A stretch of 24,200 bases of DNA, taken from the IMG/VR virus record IMGVR_UViG_3300030395_001615, positions 1 through 24,200 of that record; one strand, 5' to 3'. Below, piece after piece: positions 24,137-24,200 of this stretch. The stretch's first letter is position 1. Every line of letters begins with the position of its first letter. The DNA is from a virus. Its lineage: Duplodnaviria; Caudoviricetes. The notes beneath the pieces are model-generated. The model did no database searches, was not told where the DNA came from, and saw only the letters and a list, made by a program, of their open reading frames with translations. The position numbers and the translations under genes were made by a program.

Positions 24137-24200
24137 TTTCAGTGCTAACCAGTGGGGGTATTATCTCAAAAGATTACACACACGTTCACAATCATTCGAT

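Noticed and set aside
1-24200. Stop-codon reassignment as seen in some crAss-like phages
   Set aside because: Genes are full length and tile the window under code 11; TAA, TGA and TAG all terminate ORFs at sensible boundaries.
23783-24200. tRNA or structured ncRNA in the terminal non-coding region
   Set aside because: No cloverleaf, T-loop GTTCRA or long stems recognisable by eye; a covariance-model search would be needed to exclude it fully.

Overview
AT-rich fragment of a tailed dsDNA phage genome, most likely infecting a Bacteroidota (flavobacterial) host. Host evidence: TAnnTTTG -7 promoter boxes in most intergenic gaps, no Shine-Dalgarno sites, and signal peptides cleaved before Gln. 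Nearly all genes are on the minus strand. Read in transcription order (right to left): a non-coding end region with a perfect G-quadruplex motif; groEL, a small ORF and groES; an HTH protein; a lone plus-strand MarR-like wHTH gene; a run of very basic mini-proteins, several too short for the ORF track; fibre cassette 1 (fibre plus FISUMP/C-type-lectin-like tip); a lysis-region operon (membrane coiled-coil protein, secreted CxxC-less thioredoxin fold, outer-membrane beta-barrel, M15 endolysin, holin); fibre cassette 2, including a 1347-aa fibre with a Peptidase S74 chaperone domain; a tandem-GroES (Cpn20-like) protein; putative TerS; TerL; and the start of the portal. The best novelty candidates are the three-gene envelope module beside the lysis genes, the GroEL + GroES + double-GroES set, the G4 motif, the basic peptide cluster and the synonymously recoded fibre repeats. 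All family assignments come from motif recognition by eye, not from database searches.
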